NCBI GenBank assembly: GCA_028534125.1
Contig: CM052821.1
Span: 56,978,001-57,042,000 of the forward strand
Origin: Lama glama
Lineage: Eukaryota
Length of the DNA: 64,000 nucleotides
Reading direction: 5' to 3'
The position numbers and the translations under genes are program-made. Shown here in pieces: positions 29,101 through 41,500 of the stretch (position 1 is the first letter of the stretch; each line of letters starts with the position of its first letter). A model generated the notes under the pieces. It saw nothing but the letters and a program-made list of their open reading frames with translations. It was not told the DNA's origin and did not search any database.

Positions 29101-32100
29101 ACTGCCCACCTTCACTGTGTCCAGGTTCTTGCCCTCAAATGTCACGTCCGTCTCGTGGTTCATGGGGATGACCAGTGGGCTGGGGTTCAGGAAGTGGGGA
29201 CAGTTGTCCTCCTGGAGAGGGTGGGGCAAGGCTGGTCAGGCGCTGCCTGGCCGTGGCTGAGCAGTGTGGCTCCCGCACGGCCCGCACGGCACCCCCTCAC
29301 CATGTGGGCACTGACGACGCTGTCCTCGGGGCTGGGCGAGGCCTTCTGACACTCGTGGTGGTGCAGGTCCCACTGGCAGGTCCAGCGGCTGCTGGTGCAG
29401 GAGATGCACCTGGAGGAGAGGGTGGTGAGGAGCGCCAGGTCCTGGGGGCGGGGGGCGGGGGGCGGGGGGCTGCAGCACTCACGGCAGGTTCTCCGCCAGG
29501 CTCACGGCCTCCCGGCAGTCGTAGAAGGGATACAGGTGGGAGGTCAGGAAGATGTTGCCGCGTCTGAAGAGCAGCTGGATGTTCACAGCCACGTAATCTG
29601 TAGACAGCAGGTGGGGACAGTGTCAGGCAGGGCCACAGGGTGCAGGGTAAGGCTGGCACCACAGGGACAGGAAGGCGGGAATCAGGCCTCCTCTGGCCAC
29701 AACTCCTCTTTCCACTGGAGCTACCAATGGGCTCTCGAGCACAGAACCAGAAGCCACGTATGCAGACCACAGTGTGAGTGGGGCTCTGCGGGCTGCCCAC
29801 CAACTGGCACTTGGGCTCAGCCTGGCCAGCAACGGATATCAGATCTCAGCTCAGGCGTCGGTGCCGGGATGGGTTCATGTCGCTCCCCAGGGTCTGTGCT
29901 GTCGGGCCCTTTCTGTCCCTTGGCGTCTGGGGCAGAGCACCTGCCAGGTCTCTGCTACGTCACTGCATGGCCCCCGCCGTCACCAGTGCACCATCCTCCT
30001 CTGGCACCAAATGCTCAGCGCCTGCCCTGGCCTCTGGGCACTGCCCCACCTGTCTCAAGCTGGGACCCAGGTCGTGCTAAGAATGCATAACAGAAGCAGG
30101 ATCAAAGGGCTCAGGAGTCAGCCTCAGGATGGGGGCCAGGAACTGACCGTGTGCACCCTACACAGTGCAGGGAGCCCAGGATCGGAGCTGGGGGTGGGCC
30201 TCCACCCTGACCACCCGTCCTCCGCCCCAGCCTGCACCCTGCGGACCAGGCTTGATAAGTGGGTGCATGTGGCCCCAGGTGAAGAGAAAGGAAGTGCCCC
30301 TCCAGTAGCCAAAGGACAGGGGCCTCACCCTGGCCAGGCGGCGTGCTAGGAATGCTGCTTGGGGACTTGCAGACCACGGCGCCCCCCTCCACACGGGCAG
30401 GATGAGGCGGAGAGTCTCCGAAGAGGCAGAGCAGCTCATCCTCCTTGCTCAGGGCCGGGAGGGGACTGACGGTCAGCTGCACCTGGGGAAGGGCCATGTG
30501 GCTCACACCAGGAGCCCTCTGCCCAGCCTTGGGGTGCAGGGGAACCTCCTGCCCCACCCAGAGCCCCTGCCATCTGGCTGTTCTCCTGCAGCACCCCTCC
30601 TCCCTAGAGAAGCCTCTAGAACCTGACTCCATTTCATTTGAAACAGGTCCCTATGTGGTCACCGGAGCAACTCCTGGACTAGGGTCTGGGTCTGCTCTGG
30701 ATACTCAGGAGACCCCAGGTCAAAGGGGCCAGGGGACCCAAAAAGGATGGGGTCCCTGTCCCCCAGCTTAGCACCCAGAGCCCAAGCCAGGAGCAAGGAG
30801 GTGGACTGTGGGGGTCTCCCACTGCCCCAACAGCCCCTGGCCAACAGCAGCCCTGCCTCTACCCGGCCCCGCCTCACCACACACCTCCCCCTGGGCCGGG
30901 CGACTCATATTCTGTGGCTGGGCCCCGGTGATGGCCACGCAGAACTCATCCCGGCTCCACAGCCAGTGGCCACTCTCTTCAGCCCGTGGGCACTCAGCTC
31001 TCCTGGTGCACCTGCGGGAACGGGGGGCAGCTTCAGTCCTGGTACCTGTCAGCCCCCAGGATGGGGCTGCACCCCCTAGATCCCTGGGTGCTCACCGTCC
31101 CTCGACGACACACCAGCCGCAGTAGGGGTCCTGTGAGCTGCGGCACTGTGCGCAGGTCGGAAAGCTCAGACACTCCTGCACAGGGAGCCGAAACACCTGA
31201 GGGCACCAGGGCAGTGAGTGGGACCAAGACCGCCAGAGGTGACAGGCCAGCAGCCCAAAGAACATCCCTCAGACCTCAGACTTCTCTGGGATCACCAGAC
31301 TCACCCCACCTTTATTCCCAAGCCTTAACAGCCTCGACACCAACTCAAGGCTCACTAGCAAGGGCTCCAAGCAGCAGCTTCCAGCCAGGCTTTTGTGGCC
31401 CCAGCAGAAAGGCTGGGCCTGACCCCGGATCTGACGGTGCAGGACCCCAGGGGACCAGTGGAGTCCTTGGCCGTGATGCCCCTGGTGCCAGCATAGGCCC
31501 TTTTGAAGGGTTCTTACACCTGTCCCCCAATAAGCAGCAGGGCTTAACCCATGTTCCCCACTATCTGCACTTCCAGAAGCAGCTTGGGGTCCCTCGATGC
31601 CCTGTTCACCTTTGGAGGGAGGCACACTCAGAGCACTGACCCACCCTCCAAGCAGGATGGGGCCAAGGCAGAGACACAGAATAGACAGAAACTGTTTCAA
31701 AGACAAGACAGGTGCTCGAGAGACACAGGCTGGAGACACTGCCAGGACCCAATGAGAAGAGGCTTGGCCCCTTCCCATCCTGCTCTGCACCCTTCCAGGC
31801 CTCTCACAAAGGCCTGGACCTCCTCCAGGCCCACAGGCCCACCTTGTCCTGGGTCATGGCATACAGACTGGCCAGGTCCGCAGCCAGCACCAGGTCCTGC
31901 TTGATTCTCTTGTTGATCTCCACAGGGACAGAGCCATACTCCGTGGAGCTACCGTCTGGAGCCAGATACACCTGTGGACGCGAAGGCAGGTGTGTGGTGA
32001 GGGCGGAGATGGCCTCTCCAGGAGCCACCCTGCCCCAGCCCCGAGCCTCACCTTGAGGATCTGGCCGTCCGAGGTGCCCAGGAAGGCAATGGTGTGGCCG

Positions 32101-33639
32101 TTCTCGGCAGTCACTGTCACGGCTGTCAGGTTCAGGCCTCCACGCTGTAGCACGGCTGTGGCTGTGAGTCCATCGTGGCTGCCCAGGGGGTAGGGCAGGT
32201 GCTCCGAGCCACACTGGAAGCTCTCGCTGGCGCCCTATGGACCATGGTGTCAACGGTGGGCACAGAACCTCGCCCCAAGGCCTCTCCCCCAATGTCTCCC
32301 AGCACTTGTGGACCCACACACGTCCCCAAGAACCAGCTCATGCAGGCAGGGTCCCCACCCGCACGCTCACTGCTCCAAGCCCCCAGTGCCCAGTGGGAGC
32401 AACACCCAGGAGAAGTGGTAGCCACGTGACCACTCACGCTGACCTGACCACAGTGACACCCCATGCATGGGCCCCCACCAGGAGGCGGAACGTGGACAGG
32501 CAGCAACAGGCAGACCCACATGTGTGTGGTCCGAGCCCATGGGAGGGTGTGCTGAGGCCACGTACCGGCCCGTGGCCGCCACACTGGATCTCGCCGTGGA
32601 AGGGCTTGTAGAAGGTGTCTCGGCTTGCCTCCCGGGTACCCGTGTAGCAGGCGTTGCGGTTGGCCTCCATCTTGTTGTGGACCTGGTCCAGCGGGAACAG
32701 GCAGAGGCCTGCGCGGGGCCCCCTGCTGCTCCGGCCATCCTTGCTGAAGACGGTGTAGAGCACCCTGCTGGCGTCTGGCCCGGCCACGGAGGCCGCCAGA
32801 CAGGTGCCGAAGGCAGGGGCCTGGGTGTGGCCAGGGTCCAGGCAGTGCAGGTCCACCTCCACGTAGGAGTAGTAGAATGGGTCGTGCTTGCACATGCGCG
32901 CCAGCAGCGTGCGGTTCCGGGGCGGGTGCTTGTCTTGCTGGTTGAAGACAAAGAAGACGTAGGGGCCATCCTCGAAGGCAGCCACAAACTGCTGTGTGTT
33001 GGTGGACAGGTAGCCGGCCTTGTAGGTGGCATGGTCTGTGTAGGCCTCGAAGGCCTCCCTGCCATCAGCGCGGTCCAGCAGCCGGGTGCTCACGACGATG
33101 CCGTTGTCCTGGGGCCCATTGCCTTTGCCCACAAACAGCACCCGCTCGCCGCCTGGGTCCGCGGTGCTCACCAGCCCCACTGTGGCCACACTCTCATCAT
33201 TGCTGGCCACGAAGGACTTCTCACCGCTGCCATCCTCGTAGAAGAGACGCGTGGACACGTTGCTCAGGGCACGCAGGGCGCAAATGCCCTTGAAGAGGCT
33301 GCCGCACTCGACAAGGCGATTCTTGGGCGGGTCGAGCAGCAGCAGCTGATTGACGTTGTCAGTCAGCACGGCCTCGTGGCACTGGCTCGCCTCGATGGGC
33401 GGCGTACACTTCTTGTTGTCCAGGGCCGGGCCTGTGGCCGCCTGCTGCTCCAGCTGCAGGTCCGCACTCAGCTGGTAGAGCGTGTTCACTGCCCCCACAT
33501 ACACCACGCCTGACGCCTCATCCACGACCAGGTGGTTCAGCTCTGTCTCGCTGCGGAAGAAGTCCAGCTTGTGGGACCGCAGGCTCACACTCGTGCCCAC
33601 CAGGCCCAAGAGGGCCAGGGCCCAGAGCTGCAGTGCCAT
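20120..33639 (-). CDS. PLXNB2: Plexin-B2 semaphorin receptor, 1841 aa, 35 coding exons: 32566-33639, 32052-32234, 31843-31971, 31096-31196, 30885-31011, 30329-30482, 29483-29597, 29301-29409, 29110-29211, 28566-28658, 28164-28245, 27926-28086, 27672-27820, 27369-27477, 27014-27150, 26667-26837, 26066-26195, 25754-25981, 25446-25622, 25162-25301, 24968-25068, 24642-24871, 24287-24468, 23840-23906, 23541-23687, 22737-22893, 22490-22590, 22328-22412, 22019-22173, 21784-21944, 21554-21701, 21018-21082, 20769-20844, 20310-20384, 20120-20224
   Basis: Signal peptide [15 protein letters not shown]; Sema domain; PSI and IPT repeats; furin site RQKR (25476-25487); TM segment [24 protein letters not shown]; split GAP domain with RBD ([23 protein letters not shown]); C-terminal PDZ-binding VTDL*. 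Exons sum to 5526 nt. Confidence 0.97.
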
Positions 33640-35737
33640 TGCCCCTGGCACCTGTGGGAAGAGAGCAGGGTCAGGGAAGCGCCAGCTGGAAGCACCCCCC
33701 ACACACACACAGGAACCCCCTCCGCGTTCCTCACCCTGCCTGAATGACCAGAACACAAGCTGGGGCAGTTGTGGCTGCCCAGCGTGCCTGGGCACCCTGT
33801 CTTTTCCCTGCCCATCGGGCCAGACACACCCACTCTCATCACCAAGGAGACCATCTCCCAATCCTCCTCCAGAAGTTCAACCTGTAGCCTAACCTATGAC
33901 TGGGGCAGGCCATCACCACTGCATGCTTCAGGCACAAGTTTGGCTGCCCCCAGAGAACTGCGCCCCGGCCTCCACCTCCAGATTCTCAAAGCATCTGCAG
34001 GCCCATCTCCAAGTCAACAGAGCACCTCTTCCAGGAAGCCTCCCAGGCATTCATGCACGTGCCCATCCCCACATCTCATGACCCCAAGAGCTCCAGGTGA
34101 TCTGGGTGAGGCACTGCCCCCACATCACAGTCTCCAGAGCATAGGCTCAAGCTGACCAACAGGCCCTGAACATGCAAACAGGTGGATCACACACCTGTTC
34201 TATGCCTGACTCTCAGCACACAGTCCAATCTGACAGGAAAGAGAAGAAACCAGTACCGCAACAGAAAGGGAGCTGGGCCAACTGCGAAGATCAGTGAGGG
34301 CACCCCATGTGCACCTGCCCAGCAGAGCCTGCCTCCCCATCCACCTCCCCAACCCTCCAATCCTCCCTCCATCCCCCCTGCCCCTGCAGAACCAGCAAAA
34401 GGGGCAGCAACAATCTACCTTCCTGCCTGAGCCCTGCACAGGGCAGAGCCTCAGATGGAGGCACATGGGAAGCCAACCCTTGGAGAGCGTTCTGGAGCCC
34501 ACCAGGTCTCTGAGGAGGGTACCTCGGAGCCTGCAGAGGGCGCTGCCTCCACATCAGCGTGCATGTCCACATGTGTGTCCATGTGCTAAGGTCAAGGCTG
34601 GGCTAAGGGTCCCCAAACTGGAGAAAGGACCAAAGGCCCCACAAGTGGACCCAGAACATGCAAGGTTCTCTCCCCAGCTCAGGGACACAGGGTCTTGGGG
34701 AAACGGGCAGGGCCACTCTGCCTCTAGGCCTCTTTTACCTTGGGGTAGTCTCATACCCCTTTTACCCCCGAGACCCTGCTCTGTCCTGGTCAGAATCCTG
34801 TACCGGCCTCTGCCACCCCCCCTACAGGCTGCCCTTTCAGTGTGTGCCTGAGGCCTTATTCCTGGACCCAGTGAAACCTCCCCAAGGGATGCCCACGCCT
34901 GGCATGACACTGAGGGCAACCCTGTCCACGCCGCAGGCCCAGGTGGACAGACCCCGATGGCAGAGGGTACTGAGGGACCCAGGCCCTGGCCCCCCAGACT
35001 CCCCCACAGCCTGCTGCAGCTCTAGAGGAGCTGGCATGCACCTGTGGCCACCTTAAACACCACCTCCCTGGATACCCTCTTATTCCCTCAAGAAACAACT
35101 ACTTTTCTCTTCCTCCTTCAACAGCCTGCCCTGTGTCCATTTCCTCCAGGAAGGCAGAAAGCGGGGTCTGCTCTGCTCTGTGACTGAGGGGAACGTTTCT
35201 TTGGGGCACTGGCTCTGGGCAAATCTGTGTTTACTGGAATGGGCTGGCTTTTTCTCATGGGCCCTGTGACTTTCACGTCCAGCCAGCTTCCTCCTTTGCT
35301 TGGGCACGAGGAAGCGCCCTGCCAGGTGTGGCTGTTCTCCACCACTTCCCGCCCCGTGGCATGGCTCTGTTCTGAGTGTCCACAAGCTTCGTCAAACCCC
35401 TGGAGAAAGTGTAACCAAGAAGAAAGGTGGCCCCTTCTTGGTTACAGACAAAGCCCTCTGCACCCCAGAACCCCTGCAGGACTCTGGCAGGGGCAAGTCA
35501 CAGGGCTGTGGAAGATGGCCCTCAGCTGGACAGCTCCTGCCTCTGCACAGAAGCCCCTTACCCTGGAGTGCTCAGTTCTGGTCTGGCCCCTGGGGACTCC
35601 ACATGCCCTCCTCACAAGCCTCTAGGAGAGGAGCCACCCACAGGCTATCTGGAGGGTGTCCAGGAGGAGAGACAGCAGGGACCTAGCAAGGAGGTGATGG
35701 TGGCCTGAGAGGGCTGTGGGAGGAGAAACCAGCTCAC

Positions 35738-35773
35738 CAAGACGCAGTGATCAGTTTGGGGAGAAGATGGTGC
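35738..35773 (-). other. PLXNB2: Candidate 36-nt 5' exon (exon 2) of PLXNB2
   Basis: Acceptor TCTTCCTGTCTCTGACCACAG| and donor TTG|GTGAGC, 2.1 kb upstream of the first coding exon. Confidence 0.55.
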
Positions 35774-36039
35774 CTGTGGTCAGAGACAGGAAGATTTCAC
35801 AGGAATGTGCGGCAGGATGGGCAGATCCTGGGGGGGGTGCGTGGGGAGGGGTGTCCCCTACCATCGCAGACTCCTCTCCAGGCTGAGCTGCCTGTTTAGG
35901 GGAGAGGAGGACGCGGTTCCGGAGACCCCCAGACATGGAGCTGGGATGCCCGTGACTCTAAAACTCTGCGCAGAACGAGGGCGCCAGGAGAGGCCCTGGG
36001 CCCTCGGCACCCGCTGGCACTGTCATTCAGGGCCCTCCC

Positions 36040-36530
36040 GGGGAAGGAAACGGCACCGGCCTGAGGACCCGCCCCCTCGGCGCCCCTCCCCCGCCGCCCG
36101 AGCGTCCCGGGGGCGGCCCCGCAGGGCCGGCCGCCCCGCCCCCCGCGCCCGCGCGCTCGCCTGGGCCCAAAGTCCGCTCGGTGGCGGCGGCGCCTCCGGG
36201 GCGGGGGGCGCCCAGCCCCTCAGCCTGGCGCCCGGGCTAGCCCTCCCCGCCCGGCCCCGCTCACCCGAGTCCCCGCGTCGCCGCCGCGACCCCGGCCCCG
36301 CTTGGCTTTGGCTTTGGCTTTGGCTTTGGCTTTGGCTGCGGCTCCGGCTCCGGCCAAGGCCGGCCGCGGCGAGCGGGGAATGAATGGAATGTTCCCGGGC
36401 CCAGGGAGGGAGCGGGCGGGCGGGGGCGGGCGGGGGCGGAGCCGGGGCCGCCCGGGCCCAGTCACCCCTAGGAGCCGTCCCGACCGTCTTAGAGGGACCC
36501 GTGCCCAGGCTCCTCTGCCGGAACGCAAGA
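36040..36530 (-). promoter_or_regulatory. Intronic CpG island, candidate alternative PLXNB2 promoter/first exon (donor CGG|GTGAGC at 36265/36264)
   Basis: CpG-dense; GC boxes; tandem GGAATG TEAD sites at 36377-36391; splice donor oriented towards PLXNB2. Confidence 0.6.
36302..36337. repeat. (TTGGCT)6 hexanucleotide repeat, continuing as degenerate NNGGCT units
   Basis: Seen directly. Confidence 0.9.
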
Positions 36531-38067
36531 GCGGGGCCAGGACTTGAACCCAGAACCGACCAAGTGGGGAACTCTTGGGGCGCCCCCTCTTCTGAGAAAG
36601 CTCTGTTGTGACCCTGAGCCCTCCTTCAGCCTTGCTAGCTCCAGGAGGTGGCAGCGTCCGGGACACAAAAAGAATGCTCTGATCTTCCTCTGGTTAATGC
36701 CCACTTGACTGAGCCCCTAGGGCAAGAGCCCCAGCCGTGTCCTCTGCCCCCAGGGTCCCCAGGTCTGGTACAGCCTAAGTGCTCGATGTTAATGTGTGCA
36801 CAAAGAGAGCTGGACCAGATCCTGAAGCTGACAATAAAACTGGCCCAGATATGTGCTCTGCCCCATTCCTGCCCACCCCCACCCCAAACAGGCCAGGGCC
36901 AGACCTGGGCTCCCTGCCCCCGGAGCCCTCTCAGTGGCAGGCAGAGTGAGGCTCACATCCCAGTGCTCCAGGGTCCCCCAGTGCTGAGCCCAAACAGCGT
37001 GGCAGGAGGGACCAGGTGACAATCTACAAGCAGCAGCTCCCTTCACTTCCTGGACAAACAAAACCTTCAGTGATCTGCCTGGCTAGGTCTCCGAGCAAAG
37101 GGCGACCCACCTGACCAGAGGCATAGCTCAGGCTGGCGGTGCAGGAGGCGCCAGGCACAGCCAGCAAAGCTTCCTGCCGCTGGTGTTCCTGGAACAGGCG
37201 CTTCCTGTTTTGAAGGCTGGCCCAGGACCCCCACTTGCTTACGGGGCCTGAGGGGATTTCCTCAGGGGCATCAGACGCCTTCTTCCTCCTGGCTCAAGTC
37301 CGGAGGTGCACTTCCAAGAAGTCACACAAACTCCAGCCTGCTGCTGGCCCGGAAGGCGTCTGGACTGGCACCCCCTCCCCTCAAGCCCAAATTCCCAGCC
37401 CTAATATTCCAGAACCCAGAGCTGTAGTGCCCAAACCCTGGCCCAGTGTCTCTGCAGAGCCCACCCCTGCCAAGCACGTCCTGGCCTCAGAGATCTGGGG
37501 GGCCTGGCACCCGGGTCTGGGTAGATGTGGGTTCAGTGGGACACCTGAAGGACACCACACACTATCACTGTCTGTGTGACTCAGTCCCCACTGTCCTCCC
37601 CGGGGGGCTCAGCCCCCACTCACCGAGACTCCCGCAGTCCAGCTCAGCCTCCGCTTCAGGCGGGCATCAAGAGTCTGTAGGAAACAAAGGAGACACGGAG
37701 GTCTCACCACAAGCCTGGCCCCTGCCTCCAGGTCCCTCCTAAGCTCCATGTCCGGGGGCCAAGGCGCAGCCCATGGAACCCCAGCTGGGAAGCAGGAGCC
37801 CCTCAACCTGCCTCCTCCACCCAGCCCTCAGCACTGCCCCTCCCTCAGACACCAGACTCCCAGTCCCAGCCCAGCACTCCAGTGCAAACATACCCACTTC
37901 ATCTTTCCAGAATACAAGCCTGACACGCCCCCCCTCCTCTGTTCCAAAACAGCAGAGGCAAAAAAGGGCATTTTATGTCTACTGGTATAGTCTGCTTATT
38001 AAGCTAGGTACATATATTACTTTGAGTAAAATAAAAGTTGCTTCCTGGAAAGCAAACATACACACGA

Positions 38068-38258
38068 CACCGCAGTTCTACTTACTAGCTGTGTGACCTT
38101 GGGCAAGTTACTTAACTTCTCTGTGCCTCATTTCCCCATCTGTGAAAGGGAGACAGTCACAGTGAGCTCCTCCAGGGGTTTGTAAGAACTAAAGGATTCA
38201 TGCAGGAAAAGCTTCAGAGAGCCTGTTATATTGTAGCACTCAGCAATGCCTGCTACTG
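38068..38258 (+). mobile_element. MIR SINE
   Basis: MIR core CTAGCTGTGTGACCTTGGGCAAGTTACTTAACTTCTCTGTGCCTCATTTCCCCATCTGTGAAA. Confidence 0.85.
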
Positions 38259-39751
38259 TATCCTCTCCTACACAGACACCTATGTGAACCCCCAGGGAGG
38301 GTCTGTCCAAGGATAATTCTCAGCATGGTTTATGAGAGGGGAATTGGGCACTCAGCATGCAACCAGAGGACACTGAAAAACCATGGGCCAGTGAAAGTAG
38401 GTGCTCCATGCTGACCCAATGGAGCCAGACCCTTTGGGGAGAGTTGTGTAGAATTCCAGGTATCTCCACCCCAGGGTGACTATATGACACACACCAGTTT
38501 AATTTTGGAGACGTTCTAGAAGCCTTCATCCAAATGGAAAGTCGTGGTGGAGAGGGGGCTGGGAGGGCCAAGGAACTTCATTTGCCAATTTTTGAAAAAA
38601 CAGTTTACGAGGATCTATTTACATGCTGCTCGTATAAATAAAGAAGTGTGTGCAAAAACAACCGCATGCCCTCCAGCTCCACTCTCAGAGCCTCGGGACA
38701 GGCTCTCCAGACCCTCAGTGACCACCCCCAACCCCAACCACCTCTCCCGGCCTGTCCCAGCCCCTCCCTCCCCACATTCAGTTCAGCCCCTGAATCCCGC
38801 TGCCTCCCAGCCAGGCTGCCCCACCCAGCATCGTGCCTCCAACACCTCGCTCACCAGGGTCAGGCCCTGCTCCCCCAGCACCCCAACGGGTACACCTTGT
38901 GCAGGTGCAAGGCACTCCTCTAACACGGGCACCATTTTAGAGTAGGGCCCAGGGCTGGAAGGACCTACAGCGGGTCCAAAGGAGACCAGCAGGGGTGGAC
39001 ACGCAGGAGGTGGGGCACACTTGTCACACAGACAGCACTTCCTTGTGGCAGAAGTCCCTCTGGTGTCCTCTGCCCGGGCTGAGCAGGGAAGGGTTAACCT
39101 GAACAAGGGACGAGGGGCTCCAGGTCAGGGAGCGGGGTGTCCTTTTGCCAGAGGCACTCAAGGCAGCCTTTGTGAAAGGGGCAAAGGCCCAAATGAAGGC
39201 AAACTCAGAGGCCAAACCACAGGGTGTCAGGATGCTGCAGCTGGTCCAGGTCAGGGCTGAGCTCAGGGTCACAGTGCGTGCACACTCCCCACCTCCAAGG
39301 GATGGCATGCTGGCCTCCGTGTGCCCCATGCCTGCTCCCTCAGCTGCCTCCACCCCCATGGCATGTCCCCAGCCCCCCCAGTTCCGGTCCCTAGTGTGTG
39401 TGTCTGCTGCAGGCAAGGCCAAGGGAGGCTAGCCTCTTTCAAGGGACACCTTCTTCCCCAGCCCACATGCCCAGCCCCCACAGCCACCACCTCATCCCTG
39501 AGGACACCTGCCCTGAGGGACCCAGTGACCAGGCTGGGCCCACACCGCAGACCCTCCCCTTCTCAACACCAGGCTCCTGCAGCCAACACTTCCTCCAGAA
39601 TGAACCCTGGTCTCCTCCCCTTCCCCCTTCCTAACTCAAAGGTGCCTCCTCTCTCAACCAGCCTGCCTAGCCCCTAGATCTCCCACCTTGTCCACCCTGC
39701 TTCCCACAATCACACACACCCGATGCTGCTGCAGAGGGGCCTCGAGGGCTG

Positions 39752-39850
39752 AGGTCTGGAGCCAGACTATTGGGTTCAAACCCCAGGTCTATCGCTTTTC
39801 AGTTGGATTGTGTGGGTTTACAAACTTACTCTGTGCCTCAGTTTCCAGGT
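39752..39850 (+). mobile_element. Degenerate MIR SINE fragment
   Basis: CTGGAGCCAGAC..TGGGTTCAAACCCCAG...CTCTGTGCCTCAGTTTCC. Confidence 0.6.
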
Positions 39851-40794
39851 GGGGGAGGTACTCAGGATGACATCAGGATGTCACCATGTCTCTGCTTTTG
39901 CAGTTCCTGCTCAGAAACTCTTACCCATCCGTCAGAACTCTGGGACACCCATCCTGCCCTGGCCCTGCAGGACTGTCAGTCATCCTCTCTGGTCTGTGGC
40001 CTTGATGGATGGGACTGCTGTGAGCAAGATCCGAACACAGGATCTGGCCGAGTGGGCACCCATGGGTCTCAGCCCAGGGACCCAGGAAGGGGTACACGAG
40101 GCAGAGAGACCTGAAAGCACGTGTCCCTGCAGCTGGTCTCTGAGCCTCCCGTAGGGTGGTGTCTCCGCCCCTGGCCAGAAAGCTGCCGGGGACTGCGACA
40201 GGCTGCTAGGGGTCCAGGCCTTTCCTCTCACCCCACAAGCGTGGAAGCAGGGGGAGCCCCAGCCAGTGGCCCCCATGGCTCCCTCCGCAGGTCTGGGCAC
40301 AGGGGGATGTTGCTCCCCCCTCCCCCCACCAGGAAAAGGCAACCAGGAAGTACCTAAGGGGGAGGGCAGTGTCCTCACTCCAGATCGGACTGGGGGGCTG
40401 GGGGACATCAGTGTCCCCCTCCCATATCCCCCCAGAAGGGGGATCTAGGGTGTGGGGTGTGGGCTGGACTTCCATGGCACTATTTTCAAGCAAACACAAA
40501 TTGAGCAATTTCTTACAGCGAAAATCAAAACAGTGCAAAGCAGCCAAGTCCATGGAGGAGGGACTCAACCAGGAGGCTGCCCGTGGCCAGGCCAGCCAGC
40601 GTGTGGGCTCAGGAAGGGGACCAAGATGGGACTGGGACAGGACTGGGGGACAGACAGGCACCCAGAGACCTGCATGGGGCCTCAGTCTTGGGCAGACACG
40701 GAGAAAGGGACGATTCAGGCAAAGACTCTGGCCCAGGTAGGGACAGGTACAGCACCCCGATACACACACACCCCTGAGACGGGGCGGGGGGGGG

Positions 40795-40894
40795 NNNNNN
40801 NNNNNNNNNNNNNNNNNNNNNNNNNNNNNNNNNNNNNNNNNNNNNNNNNNNNNNNNNNNNNNNNNNNNNNNNNNNNNNNNNNNNNNNNNNNNNN
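40795..40894. other. Assembly gap (100 N) after a G-run, next to a CpG island
   Basis: N run. Confidence 0.99.
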
Positions 40895-41500
40895 CCTCCG
40901 CTCGGCTCTCGCGTCGAAAATGCAAATCTGCAATTAGCCAGAGCGTTAAACAAACCAGGGGAAACAAAACATACGAGACGCCGGCAAAATCCGAGCCTCC
41001 GCTGTTTTCAAAACAAGTGCGAGCGAGGGGCGCGAATCGGGGTGGGCTTCAGTCCAGCCCCGCGGTCCCACCCCCACCCTGGGGACCTGGGTCAGAGTTC
41101 AGCCCCGGAGGCGGGCCGGTCCCCCAATCGTGAGGGCCGCCCTGGCCTGGTTACCCCCGGGCGGCCGGGTGGCAGCGCCGCTCCTGCGGACGACCCCTGC
41201 GGGAAACCCCCGCCTGCACCTCGCTCCCCCGGGGACGGGGCGGAGCGTGTGGGCCTCGGACGAGTCTCCCCGGGGACCTAGGGCGCCCCGTAGGCAGAAG
41301 CCTGACCTCCAGTCACCATGACGGCGGCGGCGGCCACGTGGGCCCAGGACCCAGTCCCCAAGGAGCCTAACAGGGCGCGTGTCAAAGGCGCGGAGCCCTC
41401 GGCCCTTGGCCTCAGGGCCACGGCCCCACTCTGCCGCCGGCCAATCACCCCCTGTGGCCCCAGAGGCGGCCAGAAGGACTCCCCGTATCCCCATCCCAGG
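40895..41500. promoter_or_regulatory. Intronic CpG island / candidate enhancer with octamer ATGCAAAT (40920-40927), homeobox CAATTA and forkhead TAAACA motifs
   Basis: CpG density plus an AT-rich motif cluster at 40915-40970. Confidence 0.5.

Noticed and set aside
32467-33513. 348-aa + strand ORF
   Set aside because: Antisense shadow of the GC3-rich PLXNB2 Sema-domain exon; no independent coding signal.
32434-33861. 475-aa ORF taken as a single-exon protein
   Set aside because: It is the first PLXNB2 coding exon plus intronic read-through on both sides; the coding part is 32566-33639.
36302-36350. WLWLWL / AKAKAK / LALALA repeat peptides in the ORF track
   Set aside because: Translations of the (TTGGCT)n microsatellite.
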